A DNA stretch of 64,000 nt from contig JBHGNT010000001.1 of NCBI GenBank assembly GCA_043228905.1, forward strand, positions 33,976,001 to 34,040,000. The letters run 5' to 3'. The DNA is from Azolla caroliniana (taxonomy: Eukaryota; Plantae; Polypodiophyta). The notes beneath the pieces were generated by a model, which was not told where the DNA came from, made no database searches, and worked only from the letters and a program-made list of their open reading frames with translations. A program made the position numbers and the translations under genes. Positions within the stretch are counted from its first letter, which is position 1; the number at the start of each line of letters is the position of its first letter. Shown here in pieces: positions 1-13,126 of the stretch.

Positions 1-7
1 CCGCCCG

Positions 8-220
8 CCCAACCACCCCCTAACGACAATAAGAGATGGATCCATGTGCCCGTTGGTTTTCTGTATCACTACAGACGGATGACAGCCATACCTTGGTAGC
101 CAGGGGTCTTGCAAGATTGTTGACCTTGGCTACCAAGGTACGACCCTCATCCATCCACAGTGGTGTGGGACACCAATAGGCACATGGGTCCATCTCTCAC
201 TGTCACTAGGGGTGGTTGGG
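8..220. repeat. Long imperfect inverted repeat (foldback/MITE-like) in the BBX intron
   Basis: Left arm cccaaccacccc...agagatggatccatgtgcc...taccttggtagcca pairs with right arm tggctaccaaggta...ggcacatgggtccatctct...ggggtggttggg. Arms are ~100 nt with a short loop, and mismatches are mostly transitions. Confidence 0.85.
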
Positions 221-339
221 TGGAGTTAGCCCCTCTTTCCCAACATTCTCTTTAATTTCTTTATCTTTTGCTTACATATTAGATCTGAACTCTAACATTT
301 TGTTTGGAGATTTAACTGGAATTTCATGTGAGTAATTTT

Positions 340-720
340 AATTGAAAAAGGGTTTCTGAATCTTTTGACCAGTTATTTAGGATTATGTGAATTTCCTCTT
401 GAACAATTATTTAGGGTATTATGAACTTTCTTGAACAGTAACTAGGGTTCCTCAACTTTTCAAACGTTTGAACAATGAAGCAGGGGTTTTGAACAAGATA
501 TTAGGATTTTGTGAGCTTTCCCAACCAATTATTTAGGTTTTCTGAAATTTCTAAACAGGTATACAAGGTTTCTAAAACAATCCTGAGTGATTGTTTAGGG
601 TTTCTGAATTCTCTCAACTTTGTTTTGGGATGTCTGAGCTTTCTGAACAAAATTTTGGGTTTCTGGATGTTCAAATGAAGTACTCAATTTCCTGAACAGC
701 AAATCTAGAGTTTGTGGCCA
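340..720. repeat. Degenerate ~30-bp minisatellite (intronic)
   Basis: Recurrent unit resembling gaacaattatttagggtttctgaattttct. Confidence 0.6.
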
Positions 721-823
721 TTCTCAACATTTATTTCGAGTGGTCCCTGACATTCCTAAGTCAAAAAACAGGGTTTCTTTTCTTTTGAAATAACGAATGA
801 CCAAATAATTGAGGGTTTCTTAC

Positions 824-1179
824 CTTTTTGAGTAAGAGACGAGCGTTTCTGAGCCTTCATATTCTTCAGAGCCATGATTTAGGATTTCTTTGAGCTGAGA
901 GATAGAAGGGCAACCTGAATAAGGAAAGATGGGGCGATGACGGTGGTGATGGTGATGATCTTTCATATCATCACATGTGGTGCAGATCAGATTGTCAGAG
1001 CATCGCAGGGAAGCAGGGGAAGATCTGCAGAGAGAGCAGAGGGGGACTCGAGAGTGTCTGCGAGAGAGGGCATTGGCCGAATGAACCTTGGAGTCGCAGA
1101 GAAGACACAATGATGCAGAATCTGAAGCACAGTACACCGAAGGAGGTCCTTCTCCACAGAATTCGCACACCACAGCCAT
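824..1179 (-). CDS. First coding exon of a double B-box CONSTANS-like zinc-finger protein (COL9/10-like); rest of gene lies left of the window
   Basis: MAVVCEFCG...[30 protein letters not shown], a second box LCSLC...RC...ICTTCD, then YSGCPS. Donor AG|GTAAG at 824/823. Confidence 0.9.
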
Positions 1180-1418
1180 GGAAGACCTGGAGAGCTGAGA
1201 AGATTTGATTGAAGAAGAAGAAGAAATGGGTGATGAAGAAGAAAAGAAAACGCAAGAGAAGGAGAAGGAACAGAGGGATGAAGAAGGAATGAGCAGGTTC
1301 TTTTCCTCGCAAAAAAGGTCAGAAAAATGGATATAAAGGGGGAAAAGAAAAAGTGCAAAGAAAAAGCGACCCACTGGAAACAGAGTATGAATGAATGAAG
1401 AAGATGACCGAGATGAAA

Positions 1419-1423
<5 letters not shown>

Positions 1424-1467
<44 letters not shown>
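1424..1467. repeat. (GA)n microsatellite in the purine/pyrimidine-skewed 5' leader region of the BBX gene
   Basis: Direct reading; 1190-1900 is strongly GA-rich on the + strand. Confidence 0.9.
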
Positions 1468-1471
<4 letters not shown>

Positions 1472-4064
1472 AAGAGAATCAGAAAAAGAAGGAAGCTGAT
1501 GAAGATGAAGATGAGGTGAAAGAAGAAGAAATACTGGGGGAGTATGAAGAATGGAGAATGGAGATGGAGATTAGAGAAAGGAATGAGAGTGATTGACTGA
1601 AAGAAAAGAAAAGAAAAGAAAAGAAGAATCAGAAACACAGAGAGACAGAGAAACAGAGAAACAGAGGAAATCAGAAGAAGAGAAACAGAGAAAATGGAGG
1701 AGATTTGGAGATGGATTTCTTTTGAAAAAGCAGAACAAAACAAACAGAAAGTCTTTTTGTCTTTTGCTTCTTCCTTCCTTTCTTTTCTCTTTGGAAGGAA
1801 AAAGAAAAAGAAAAAAGAAAAAAGAAAAACAAAAAAGTGATGAAAAAGTGCAGCCAAAAAAGAACAAAATGGATAAAAAGTGCATCAAAAAAGTCACCAC
1901 CACAAAATTAATAATTCATTAAAAGCCAGAGACAAAAAAGCAAAAAAGCAAAAAGTGGCAATGCCAGCCCTTTTCTTATGCCCTTTCAAAATCTTCTCTC
2001 TCTCTCTCTCTCTCTTCTTCTTCTCCTTCTTCTTCTCCTTCTTGTTGGTTCTCTTCATTCCATCCTCGACGGGGATGCTCCTCGCACCACGTCGACACAT
2101 AATTATCTAGACAAGAGAAAAGCGGTGCCTCCTTATTGCCCCCAGACCTTTAATATCTAACCGACTCTACTCGTGCCCCCTAGCTACCTTGTTAAGCCGA
2201 GGTTCGTATAGCCTCAGGTCAAGGCTCCTCTGTGACTCGTATTACTGTGTCGTATCCTTGCTAGTCTCCATTCTTAAAGTCTGTGCTTTTAAGTCCAGGT
2301 TCACAATATGATGGCTGTGCAAATTGCTAACGTGGGAAACTTGTCTTGTCTAAGAGAGAACCCTTAAAGCATTGTGTATATCTGATTCTACCAAGTTTCA
2401 TACAAAGGTGGTTGGTGACACCACATATATGGCGACGTGGTGTGTCCTCTCATATATGACACTTTATATCTAACTTGACTAGATGTTATTGCTTCTTAAG
2501 GTCACTTTCACATAGAGTAAGCCCAACATGGGGAAATTTGTTAGATCAATGCATAAGAGCTTATCATAATGTGAATTAGATACATATATATGTGTGTGAA
2601 CTAAGGCGCATTAAGGGTACTTAACAAAATTCTTGTGACTTCCCTAGTTAAGGGTTTGTTCATTTCAATCCTTGAATGTGTTTCCGCAACCTATGCACTT
2701 GATGCAACTTTTCAATAGGATTTATGACTTAGATCATGCGTGTATTGCGCGTCATTCTTCTTCACCCAATATCCTTCGAGGAATTATTGTGTTTCACATT
2801 AGCATTATTGGGTATATTCCACGCCTCCATTATAAAAGTTGGACTTGAGTCTCATGCGAAAAAAATACATTTTATTTTCCTTGGTTCTCATGTGTTGTAA
2901 TGTCAAAAACTTGAAGGCGTGTGAATATTGTAATGATTTACATAGCCTTTTGAAGGCCAATCAATTGTTTTAACTCTTGGTCTTTGTGGGAAATGTGGAA
3001 TTGCCAATGTTGTAGGAGCAAATTTGTGAATTTTGTAGAATACATTGTTCTCAAACTACTATTATGAAGAATTTTTATAATGAGCAGAAAAAAATCAAAC
3101 CCTTGTTCAAGACCTGACTACAACAATGTTGATGTTGTAAAGTACATCATGTTTTCACATATTTTAATTTTCGTGACATATTACAACAATTGTCTTCTTC
3201 TATCGCATTGTGCTTTTGTGTATTGTTGTACATCTCATCCACTTATTCTTGGAGATAGTGCAAGGGTAATAGAAGATATTATTGAAGTAAAGCCAATAAC
3301 GTGAAAGCACTCTCAACACTTTCAATTGGTGGAATTACAATTGTTGATTTGGATATTTGAACCCATACACACATTGATGGAAAATAGTTTTAGTCATTTC
3401 ATTTAGCTTATCTCAATCCAAGTTTACTTAGAGATTTCACTAATTGATTACTATGTTTGATTCACGTGTTCAAGAAAAAGGAAAAGTCAAGGAACGGGGG
3501 CATCATTCTTGTATAGATGCCCACCATGATTTAATGGAGAAAAAGCAGTCACATAAGACAACATTACTGGGCCAAGGTGTGAATCACTATCAACATGTAG
3601 CCAATTTTAAATAATAACAATAAAGCATCAAAAGAAAATGCTCGTAATACCAAAGGACTTTCAAAACATATCAAAAACGTTTTAAGGCAAGATTGATGAT
3701 ATGGAGACACTTAAATATAAAATCCATGCAATGAATGATATATCAAATATAATCATCTTTCGTTCACCTCATTTGGAGCATTGTTGGTTTAATTTACATA
3801 TACATGTTAATAAGATTCCATGGATGATGTTTGTCATTGGTATCACATGGTGACATGTTTTCATACTAGGACTCTAGTTTACCTCATTGAAAATTTGAAG
3901 TATAGAAAACTCTATGGAGTTGACAATCATGTTGTTGATGGCATTTGTATCTTGACAATGATATTAAATTGTTTTATAATCTTGATTTCAAGGAAAGGTT
4001 ATAAGGACCTCCAAAATTATCACATGGACGGATATAGCATATATAACTTATATCCAAGGTGTGG

Positions 4065-4103
<39 letters not shown>

Positions 4104-4959
4104 TTTTCTTAATTGTTCAAGTATATACTTTAATTCATGTGTGCTGCTACCTAATGACTTATAATTTTCGTGGGTATAGTTCTACATAAACAAACATTGG
4201 TGGTTCAATAATTTATTGCCTCTTGGTTAACTTACATATTAGTCTCATACAAAACTTTTATTTTCTTGATATCTATTGGTTTTCATGTTTTATAGAGTAG
4301 GGTAGGTACCCCTCTTGTTGTTGAATGGAGTCTTTATCTCTTTTTTCAACTTCTAGATTGCACGAGGATTATATCTATTATCAACTTAACTAGTTTTATT
4401 GCAATCTACCATTAAGCTTTGATGTGCTCAATTTATCCTTCTCCAATGGAAGGCTATTTTACATGTAATGTTGTTGTTACTATTTTCCTTCATACAAACG
4501 AGTGTTTAGTTAATGAATGAAAGTAAACAAAATTTGACCCCAACCCTTTTTTCATTATGATTTTTATAAATAGCTAAACTAATGATCGTCTACAAGTTCA
4601 AGTAGGCACACAACCAAAACTAATTAGGGTTGATACCAACACTTGAGTAGGTTGAGGCCAATACTGATCTAAACTTGGCCCATTCAACTTTGAGGTATTC
4701 AAATGCACGAGTAGCGATCACAAATTGTATTCCTACAATGTTGTGTTCACATAGGACCAATCTAACCTACACACTTAGGTTAAACAATTTAGACTTCATT
4801 CAAATGAACTTTTTCACAGGGATAAACATTTGGTAATGATGCCTCTTATAGTCCACAGTCTACTACATTGTTTTAGAAAACATAATTCTAAATATTAATA
4901 TAGAATAAAGAAATAACTGAGCTCATGTGGTACGATCCAACCTTTTAAGGAAATGTTTA

Positions 4960-6620
4960 GAGACGGTCTCAAGCCTTGATCCTTGGAGGTTCTTATTCTC
5001 ATTACTTTTATTGATGATTGTACTCGTGCGGTTTGGATTTATTCTATGAAGAATAAATGTAATATATTACAAGGTTCATTGAGCTCAAGCTTAACTCAAA
5101 AGCTATGTGGCATCATTTAATCATACACCATATGAATTCTTTATTGGAAAGAAACTGAGGGTATTATGATTGCATACTGATGATAAGAAATTAGTTACAA
5201 CAATTAAAAAAAAGAATGAATTAACGCTACTCATCCTTATCAACTACCCCAAGCATGGACCGTAGCCGAATACAAAACCCCATTGACATTCCATACCACT
5301 CAATATAGCCTTGTACCATAACTCCAAATTCAACCATGTTATGTATCCAATACAAGAGCTTTACCTCACCCCTAGAATCTTTGCAGTGTTTTTGAACTGT
5401 CATGACTCACGTCAAAAGGGGCCAACTAGGCCCCTTTATATAGTTGAACTCCTTAGGCTCCTTATCACCATTGTTCCTTTATCCTTGTGGGTTGATTAAA
5501 GTCCTAGGATAATCAAATAGAAGAAAACCAAGTTAGAAGTTGGTTCTAAGGCTATGAAAGCCAAAGTGATTAGTTGTCTTTGGCGTTACAAGGTCATATC
5601 AATACATATAAAGCATGATTAATGGTTTAAGGCTTCTCATAAACGCACGGCCTTGATTTTGAACAAACTTTGTCAACGACAACAAAAATCCTACGGTTAG
5701 AACTTTACTTGCTCATGCACCTTGCCAAAAATTGAATGTTCCAAATGGATGTGATAAAATGCTTTCCCAAGTGTACATCGAATGAAGGAGTTTCGTGGAA
5801 CAAGTGAAAGAGTTTGAGTGTAAAACTAAAGCCGTATACATTTGTAAGCTTTAAAATACATCATATGTCTTGGTACAAAAGATTCATAATATATTTGAAA
5901 CATGTTAGTTTTGTGGTTTGGAAGTGATGAGATGCAATGATAATATTTTTCATTGTCGCTGAAATAAGCATATGTCGGACATGTTTGATGAGTTCAAAAT
6001 ATCAAATGGTAATTATGTACTGACTTGTATGAAAGAAAAAGACTATGCCTTAAAATATTCGATTATTATATACTTGCCCATTACAAAACCATACATGCTT
6101 TTACAATACCATAATTGATTTTCTTGCCCATCACAAGACCATACATGTTTTTACATTACCTTAATCGATTTTCTTGGCCATCACAAGGCCATACATGCTT
6201 TTACAAGGAGCATCATTAACAAATTTATGCATAAGCTAAAAATTTCTCATTTTCTATCATGTTTTAATTTTGGCCAATAAAAATTTGTGGCTTATTATAT
6301 GTTTTGTGATGCAAATTGGATTGGAGACTCTCAAACAAGACATATAAGTGGATTATGTTATTAATTTAGAAGCAATGTTGTTTAATGGACATCAAGAAGG
6401 CATCCAAAGATAACCCTCAACACAATTGAGGTAGAGTATCAAACAATAACTAGAAATGTTTTAAGAAATTTAGATGAAATAAATATTTCAACCTATCAAT
6501 GTCAAAATAAAAAGGTCTGACAACCATATATTGTGTCAATGTTAGTTCAACCATCCCAATAGACAATCCAACGTTTCATGCTAGAACAAAACACATTGAA
6601 TTTGTTATCTCTTTGTGAGA
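4960..6620 (+). mobile_element. Degenerate Ty1/Copia retrotransposon remnant (integrase and RNase H fragments)
   Basis: ~4980-5060 reads SLGGS...ITFIDDCTRAVWIYSMKNK (integrase). ~6300-6600 reads FCDANWIGDSQTRHISG, STIEVEY and NPTFHARTKHIE (Copia RNase H). Many stops and frameshifts. Confidence 0.85.
6072..6205. repeat. ~51-bp tandem repeat, about 2.5 copies
   Basis: cttgcccat(t/c)acaa(a/g)accatacatg(c/t)ttttaca occurs three times with minor variants. Confidence 0.85.
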
Positions 6621-6794
6621 ATGTTTCTCAAGAGACAATGTATGTCAATAATGTCAAAAAAACTAAAGTTCAAGTTGTGATCATATTCATAAACAACATT
6701 GTTAAAGAAGCAACCTTGGAGTGCAAAATGCCAATATGAGCAATGGTTAAGCAAGCAAGCACAATATGATATATATAACCAAAATGTTGTAGAG

Positions 6795-7122
6795 GCATGT
6801 GAGGTTTCATCTTGCAACCTCCACAAGTAAAAAACATGTGTTGCTCATTGATATTTGGATAAGTAAGTAGTAATCTAATTATTGTTATTTATGATAAAAA
6901 TGAAAAGAAACCTTTATTGTTCCTCTTACATTCATGGGTATATATTTCTATTTCTATTGCATGTGAGGTTTCATCTTGCAACCTCCACAAGTAAAAAACA
7001 TGTGTTGCTCATTGATATTTGGATAAGTAAGTAGTAATCTAATTATTGTTATTTATGATAAAAACGAAAAGAAACCTTTATTGTTCCTCTTACATTGATG
7101 GGTATATATTTCTATTTCTATT
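6795..7122. repeat. Near-perfect 164-bp tandem duplication
   Basis: gcatgtgaggtttcatcttgcaacctccacaag...tttctatttctatt starts at 6795 and again at 6959. Confidence 0.95.
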
Positions 7123-8202
7123 GATGGATTTATATATAAGCGACCTTTTATAGTCTTTATGTAAAAATCTCTCCTAAGTAATGGGAACGTAGCGCCTTTT
7201 TTGGAAAAAAAAAGAAAAAAAATTTTCTATTCACATATCCATTAGTTTGTGATCCACTTTCAATACTACCAAGCTTCACATTTTGTATTGATGCAATGTA
7301 GTGACTCGTGAACATTCTACAAATGAAGGCTAGGTCAATTTTTTACTCAAACATTCCTTAGGGCACTCTTTTGACCCATGACATGTTCATATCTTTGTGT
7401 TCATGACAATAGAACAATCATGGTCATAATTTCACTTAGGCTCTTTATCGGCCCATTCGCCTTGTGCATGTTTATTTATGTTTACAACAATGGACCAATC
7501 GTGATCACAATTTTACCTAGGCACACTATTGGCCCATTCGACTCCAATTCATCCAAATGATCATTTGTTTCATTGTGATCCAACTAACGAACGCAATTTT
7601 GTATAGAAGTACTCTTTGGAGACGCTCATGCAGGTCATTCAACTTTGATAAATCCAGATGATCATTCGTTTAAAAAGGAATTGGTAACAAGTATGGAAGT
7701 TAACTCGTGTGCTATCTTCAAGCGAGTTATTGTCGTCCCCATTCAAAATGTACATTCATGTATGAATCGACATCACACTTTGATGAACTCATCTTTGCGT
7801 GGAGGTTAAATTCCACACTAGCATGATCGCACTCTTAACATGTCAGTATGCCACAGGACCATCCTCCAGGTACAACGTGCAAGAGTTTTCTCCTCCCACT
7901 ATACAATACGAACACCTTCGAAAAGGACAAGCTCTTGTGAAGCTCACTCATTGAGCCCTAAGTTCGTCATGTATAAATACTTGGGCTCGGGGGGGGGGGG
8001 CTTCACATTAGACCTATTTACATCGCAAGTAACGATCGTGACCACATGGTGAACTACAACGAGCATTGGTCGGCCAGACGTATGGTCCATTTGGTATCGA
8101 TGAATCGGGGAGATCATTTTCCATTTACAATTGGAACTAGACCAAGAGCAAGCAGTTGATCATATCGATGGGTGAGCCCAACATACACACACACTCTCTC
8201 TT

Positions 8203-8242
<40 letters not shown>

Positions 8243-8441
8243 ACTCTCTCTCTCTCTAACTCACACACACACACACACACACACGCTTGTGATCGATCGT
8301 CTCTAAATAGATAATGCAGATTTCTTTTTCCTCTCTCTATTATTAACATTATATTAATATATATACAGACACACACACACATATCTATATATAAATATTC
8401 TAAATTATTTTCCTCTCTCTTGGCTCGTCCCGGAGCACGCC

Positions 8442-11400
8442 ATGGCTTCTCCCCTGTTGCTTCAGCATTCCTTCCTCAACAGACACACCAAGTCTTCTTC
8501 TGCGCATCGCAGCCACGTCCGCTTTCCTATGCGCACTCCCCAGGTACAAAAGGAATCTCTCTTTCTCTCTCTCTCTCTCTCTGTTGTGCATAGATAAGTT
8601 CGTTTAGGATGCGTTAGGAGTTAGGACTGGGTTCATGTATTGATACTTTAGGGTTATGGTTTAGTCTATGCATTGGGCTTTTAGGGCTAGGGTGCATGAA
8701 TTGAGATTTTTCGATTAGGATTAGGTGCGTGCATTGAAGGTTTAGGGCTAGGGCCAGGTGCATGTAATGAGAGTTTAGGGTCTAATCCTACATCAGATTG
8801 ATCCTTACGCCTGATGCTCAATGAAGTTAGGGTAAATTAGCATTTAGGATTGGGTTTTAGATTGTTTTAGGTTAGCTCAATATGCGGTGTTAGCTTAGCG
8901 TTTAGTCCCTGGTGCCATCTGAGGCAGCTATGCTCAAGGGATATATGGTTTAGGGCTAGATGTTGGGTCCTAGGTGAGAGGATGACATACTCAAGGCGAT
9001 GCAAAGACCCGGTGATTGATGATGCCTCGTAACCACTCATTGATGCTAGTTGATAATCAGTGCCACGATTAATACTTTCTATGTCACTTCTTTCAAGGTG
9101 CCTTTTCATAGCTCTAGTTTATTCTGGGGGTTTCAGTTCCACATTGTGCAAAGAAAAGCTATCATATAAAATAAGATCATGACACTTCTTTTTGGGTGCT
9201 ATAGATTTCTTAACTAAAAGATAACATATGAAATCTTTGGGGTGTCTTCTTTATGCCAGAGTTTTGGCCTCTTCACTAGATGTTACTGTAGTGTTTCCTT
9301 TGTGAATCATTGTTGGTTGCTGGTATTAATATATTAGAGCTCATTTTTTGTGCCTTTCTCTTAGCTTTTGCACATAAAAAATGTACTTTTGAAGGGAAAT
9401 TGTGATTTACTTTTGACTTCTTTTGCTAGGTGTTCATAGAATCTATCAATGTGGATTGTGGTATTACTCAAGAGTTCAGGATAGAGCTCAGTCATTATGT
9501 CTAGCTCTGTGGTTTTATATAAATAAGAACTGTCATATGGAACCAAGTTGACTTTTTTCACATCTCATAGGCCACATAATCTCCTCCCCTTTTTGATGCT
9601 AATGTAACATTACTTGGTGTATGTAGAGTGTCGTATTATTCATACTAGAGCTCACTCATTATGCTTATAAGGGTTTAGGATTAAGTTTTGGAGGAGGCAT
9701 GCATGTATGGCAGTTTTATAAATGACTGCCATGAAAATGTTGACATTTTTGGCGTCACATTGCCTATTGTTTCATGGTATGAGAGAGCCTTGCAAGGTGT
9801 TTATGTGGTTTGAACTTGGTTTACATTTGATTATATAAATGCTATCCTAGATGGCAGTGGCGCCTCTGAGAAATCGGACAAGCAGAGAATGCTTCCTGTA
9901 TCTAGTTTTTTCCCCTCTTAGTACGGCATTGCTTGCTGGCTACAGAAAGACCAAGAGTGAAGGCGGGAGTTGAGCTTCCAATCTATGGGTTACAGGCAAA
10001 ACGCTTGAATAACTAGGGTAAACCTCTTGTAAAAGTAATGCAATGAAGGGTAATTAGATGTAAAATGAAGAAATTTCGATTATGTTTTGAATAACATGCT
10101 TGGTTTTGAATGTAATGTTGTCATTGAACATTGAGAAATTGATTCATTTCTTTAAACTGCAAGGTCTGGAGCAATTTAGTGAACTAATGGTCAAGCTCAA
10201 CTTGATTATCTTTTCCCAGTGTGCATTCTGGTTGGATGATGTTGGAAGTGTTTGATTGATTGGACATCTCCTTTACCCCATCATTTAGCTTGGCTTTCCA
10301 TTTCCAATGTATTGCACAGCTAATAGGTATAGCTGATATTGCATTTATGCAGTACATTAAAATTTTAGTGATTGGAAGTGTTTTAAGACTTAAGTTTAAA
10401 GACTACCTCAATGTAAAATAGTTGGTTAGAACAAGGCATGCCTTTTACATAAGTGGGCCATGATGATATTTACCGAATTGTGTGGTGATGTGCAAGAGCA
10501 CAACATATTATTATCTGATTTCTATCTAAGGTTTTGATTCAATGATCCTGTCCACACATTTCATTCTATTTTGTATATCTACCCTGTTGACTTGGCTTCC
10601 AATTAGGATCTTCTAAAGCTAATGATCTTATAGAAGAGATCCATGCTAATGATTATAATTGTTCAAGAGGTCTGTTTTTGGGTTAAATGGATAAAATATT
10701 AGTTCAGCCTTTTATAGGTGTAGGTGATTTCTTAGGCTGCGACAAGGTATGCAAACTTCATGTCCTCAACATGTTGTGAAGCAGTAGTAACATTGTGAGG
10801 CTGTTTAAAAGGATCACATTCCTTGGATCTTATTGTCCTATAAACAAACATTCATAAAAAAAACTCTATATAAACTTCCTTGAAATTTGGCATTCATTGT
10901 TGGAATCAGGATTCATAGGGAAATGACATTTTTTGGATATATTATTCAGGTTCTATGGAAGCAAATGCCATCCTTAAGAAAAGAAAAACTTTGCCTCAGT
11001 TTTGGCATGTACAAAATAAGGCATTATATGCAAAGATCTGATTCTGTAATATCAAATCCCATTAAAGCTTCAGAGAGTGGTTATGAAAAGGAAGAGTCTA
11101 GTAGAGTGGATCAATGTCTTGAGGAGTCCACTTTAGTTGGTGAAGATGCTGCCGTCTTTAAGCTCAGCAGTCAGAAGTTGTCCTCCTGGATATATTTTAC
11201 TATTGTTCTTGGTGTTGTTCTGACGATCTTAAACTTTATTTGGATCGATCCAAGAACTGGCTATGGGAATGCTTTCATTCAAGCAATATCATCGTTATCC
11301 GATAACCATGAGGTATGTCAGAATAGTGTTTGTGAAATAATTTGCTTAATCGTAACGCTACTTCTAAAATGATCAAATTGTGTTGCACATGAGATCATTT

Positions 11401-13126
11401 GCTTAATTGTAACACGTACTTCTAAAATGAGCAAATTGTGTTGCACATGAGTTTCGATCATGTAGCAAAGCTCTTTTCGGTTGCCCCACCCTCAGAATGT
11501 TGATTCCATGTGCCCTATGCTGTATGATTATGTTATCATAATTATTCATGGAATTATGGGTGGTGTGAGGACAGAAGCATCTAATTTAATTAATTGAACT
11601 TTTTAAACTAGTGATTATGGGAAGATTTGGCTAATCCAAATGACAACCTTTTGTGATATCGTAACCCAAAATGTACGATACTCAAAATGATAATCTTTGA
11701 CTTAATTTGTACTATATCGTATGCCATTTTCCTATTTTTGTAGTTTTTTAAGTGTTCTGGTACTCTGTTTTGCAGTTTGTAATGTTGATGATTCTTTTAG
11801 TCTTCGCCATTGTCCACAGTGGCCTGGCTAGTTTTCGTGACATTGGGGAGAAATTCATCGGTGAACGAGCTTTTCGAGTTCTTTTTGCGGGCATTTCCTT
11901 GCCTCTTGCTGTCTCGGCAGTGGTATATACCATAAAAAATGCATATTTGTACAAAAATTCAAGTTGTTTCTCAAGCATATGTGCATTCAGAAGAAAATTC
12001 ACAGGCTCATGTTTTTTGTAGCTTTCTTTTGTTGTAACAGTACTGAAGTTGCTTCACAGGTATATTTCATTGATCATAGGTATGATGGTGTTCAGCTATG
12101 GCAAGTGCAAGGCATAACCGGCATGCACGAATTTGTATGGTTCACATCATTCATCTCTTTCTTCTTTCTCTATCCATCTACATTCAACTTGCTAGAGGTA
12201 GCTGCCGTGGACAAGCCGAAGATGCACATGTATGAGACCGGTATCATGAGGATTACAAGACATCCTCAGGCAAGTAAAGAAAACCATAAACTCTCATATT
12301 TCAAATTCTAAGCGTTTAATCTTCATCCCAAATGCTAGTGTATGGATAAATTTGTGAACATAAATTGTTTTGGTCTCCGAAATGGAGAACTCTCCACCAA
12401 GAATATATGTGAACATTTGATTAAGAATTGCCTTATTTGAAGGATGGCAATCCTAAACTCTAAATTCTAAACACCAAGTGAAGAGCAACCCTACGCAAAG
12501 AAATTATGGGCAATTACAACTGGCATTGCCTTATCGGAAGAATGTAAAGGCTTAAAACTGAACCCTAAAATGTAAATGCCAAAATATAAACCCCAAAATC
12601 TAAAACCTAAACTCTGAAGCCTGAAGCCTGAAAGCCTAAAACCCCAAACTTCAATATTTCAAATTCTAAACATTTCGACTTCAAAGAATGTGAATTACCA
12701 AGCCTTCACATAGGTAGTGAAGTCTGTGAAATGAAGAAACGATCATTTGAACATACATTGTCTTAATAAGACTTGGGTTTTTAAATGCAGATGGTGGGTC
12801 AATTTCTCTGGTGCCTTGCGCACACACTCTGGATTGGGAATTCCTTCATGTTGACTGCCTCGTTTGGCCTTCTAGCACATCATCTTTTTGGAGTGTGGAA
12901 TGGTGACCGAAGGCTTGGTATTCGATATGGTGATGCTTTTGATATCGTTAAGGCACGGACGAGCATTGTACCTTTTGCGGCTATCTTAGATGGCCGGCAA
13001 CAATTGCCAAAGGACTACTATAAGGAGTTTTTGAGGTTGCCTTACTTCACCATCTTTTTCTTGACCGTGGGTGCCTATTTTGCACATCCTCTCCTTCAGG
13101 CAGGCAGTTATCAACTTAATTGGTAG
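8442..13126 (+). CDS. Z-ISO: 15-cis-zeta-carotene isomerase (NnrU family), plastid-targeted; exons 8442-8543, 10950-11312, 11776-11922, 12060-12269, 12791-13126
   Basis: Motifs [50 protein letters not shown]|[31 protein letters not shown]. Exon 1 ([20 protein letters not shown]...) is transit-peptide-like, and phases are compatible. Confidence 0.95.
11340..11451. repeat. ~57-bp tandem duplication in Z-ISO intron 2
   Basis: atttgcttaat..taac...tacttctaaaatga.caaattgtgttgcacatgag occurs twice. Confidence 0.85.

Noticed and set aside
95-135. miR169-like tagccaagg in the hairpin
   Set aside because: Only 9 nt match; the remainder differs from miR169.
1180-1922. Phe/Ser/Leu-rich N-terminal extension of the 345-aa ORF and the Lys/Arg-rich antisense ORFs
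   Set aside because: Artefacts of a CT/GA low-complexity leader; B-box homology starts at Met 1179.
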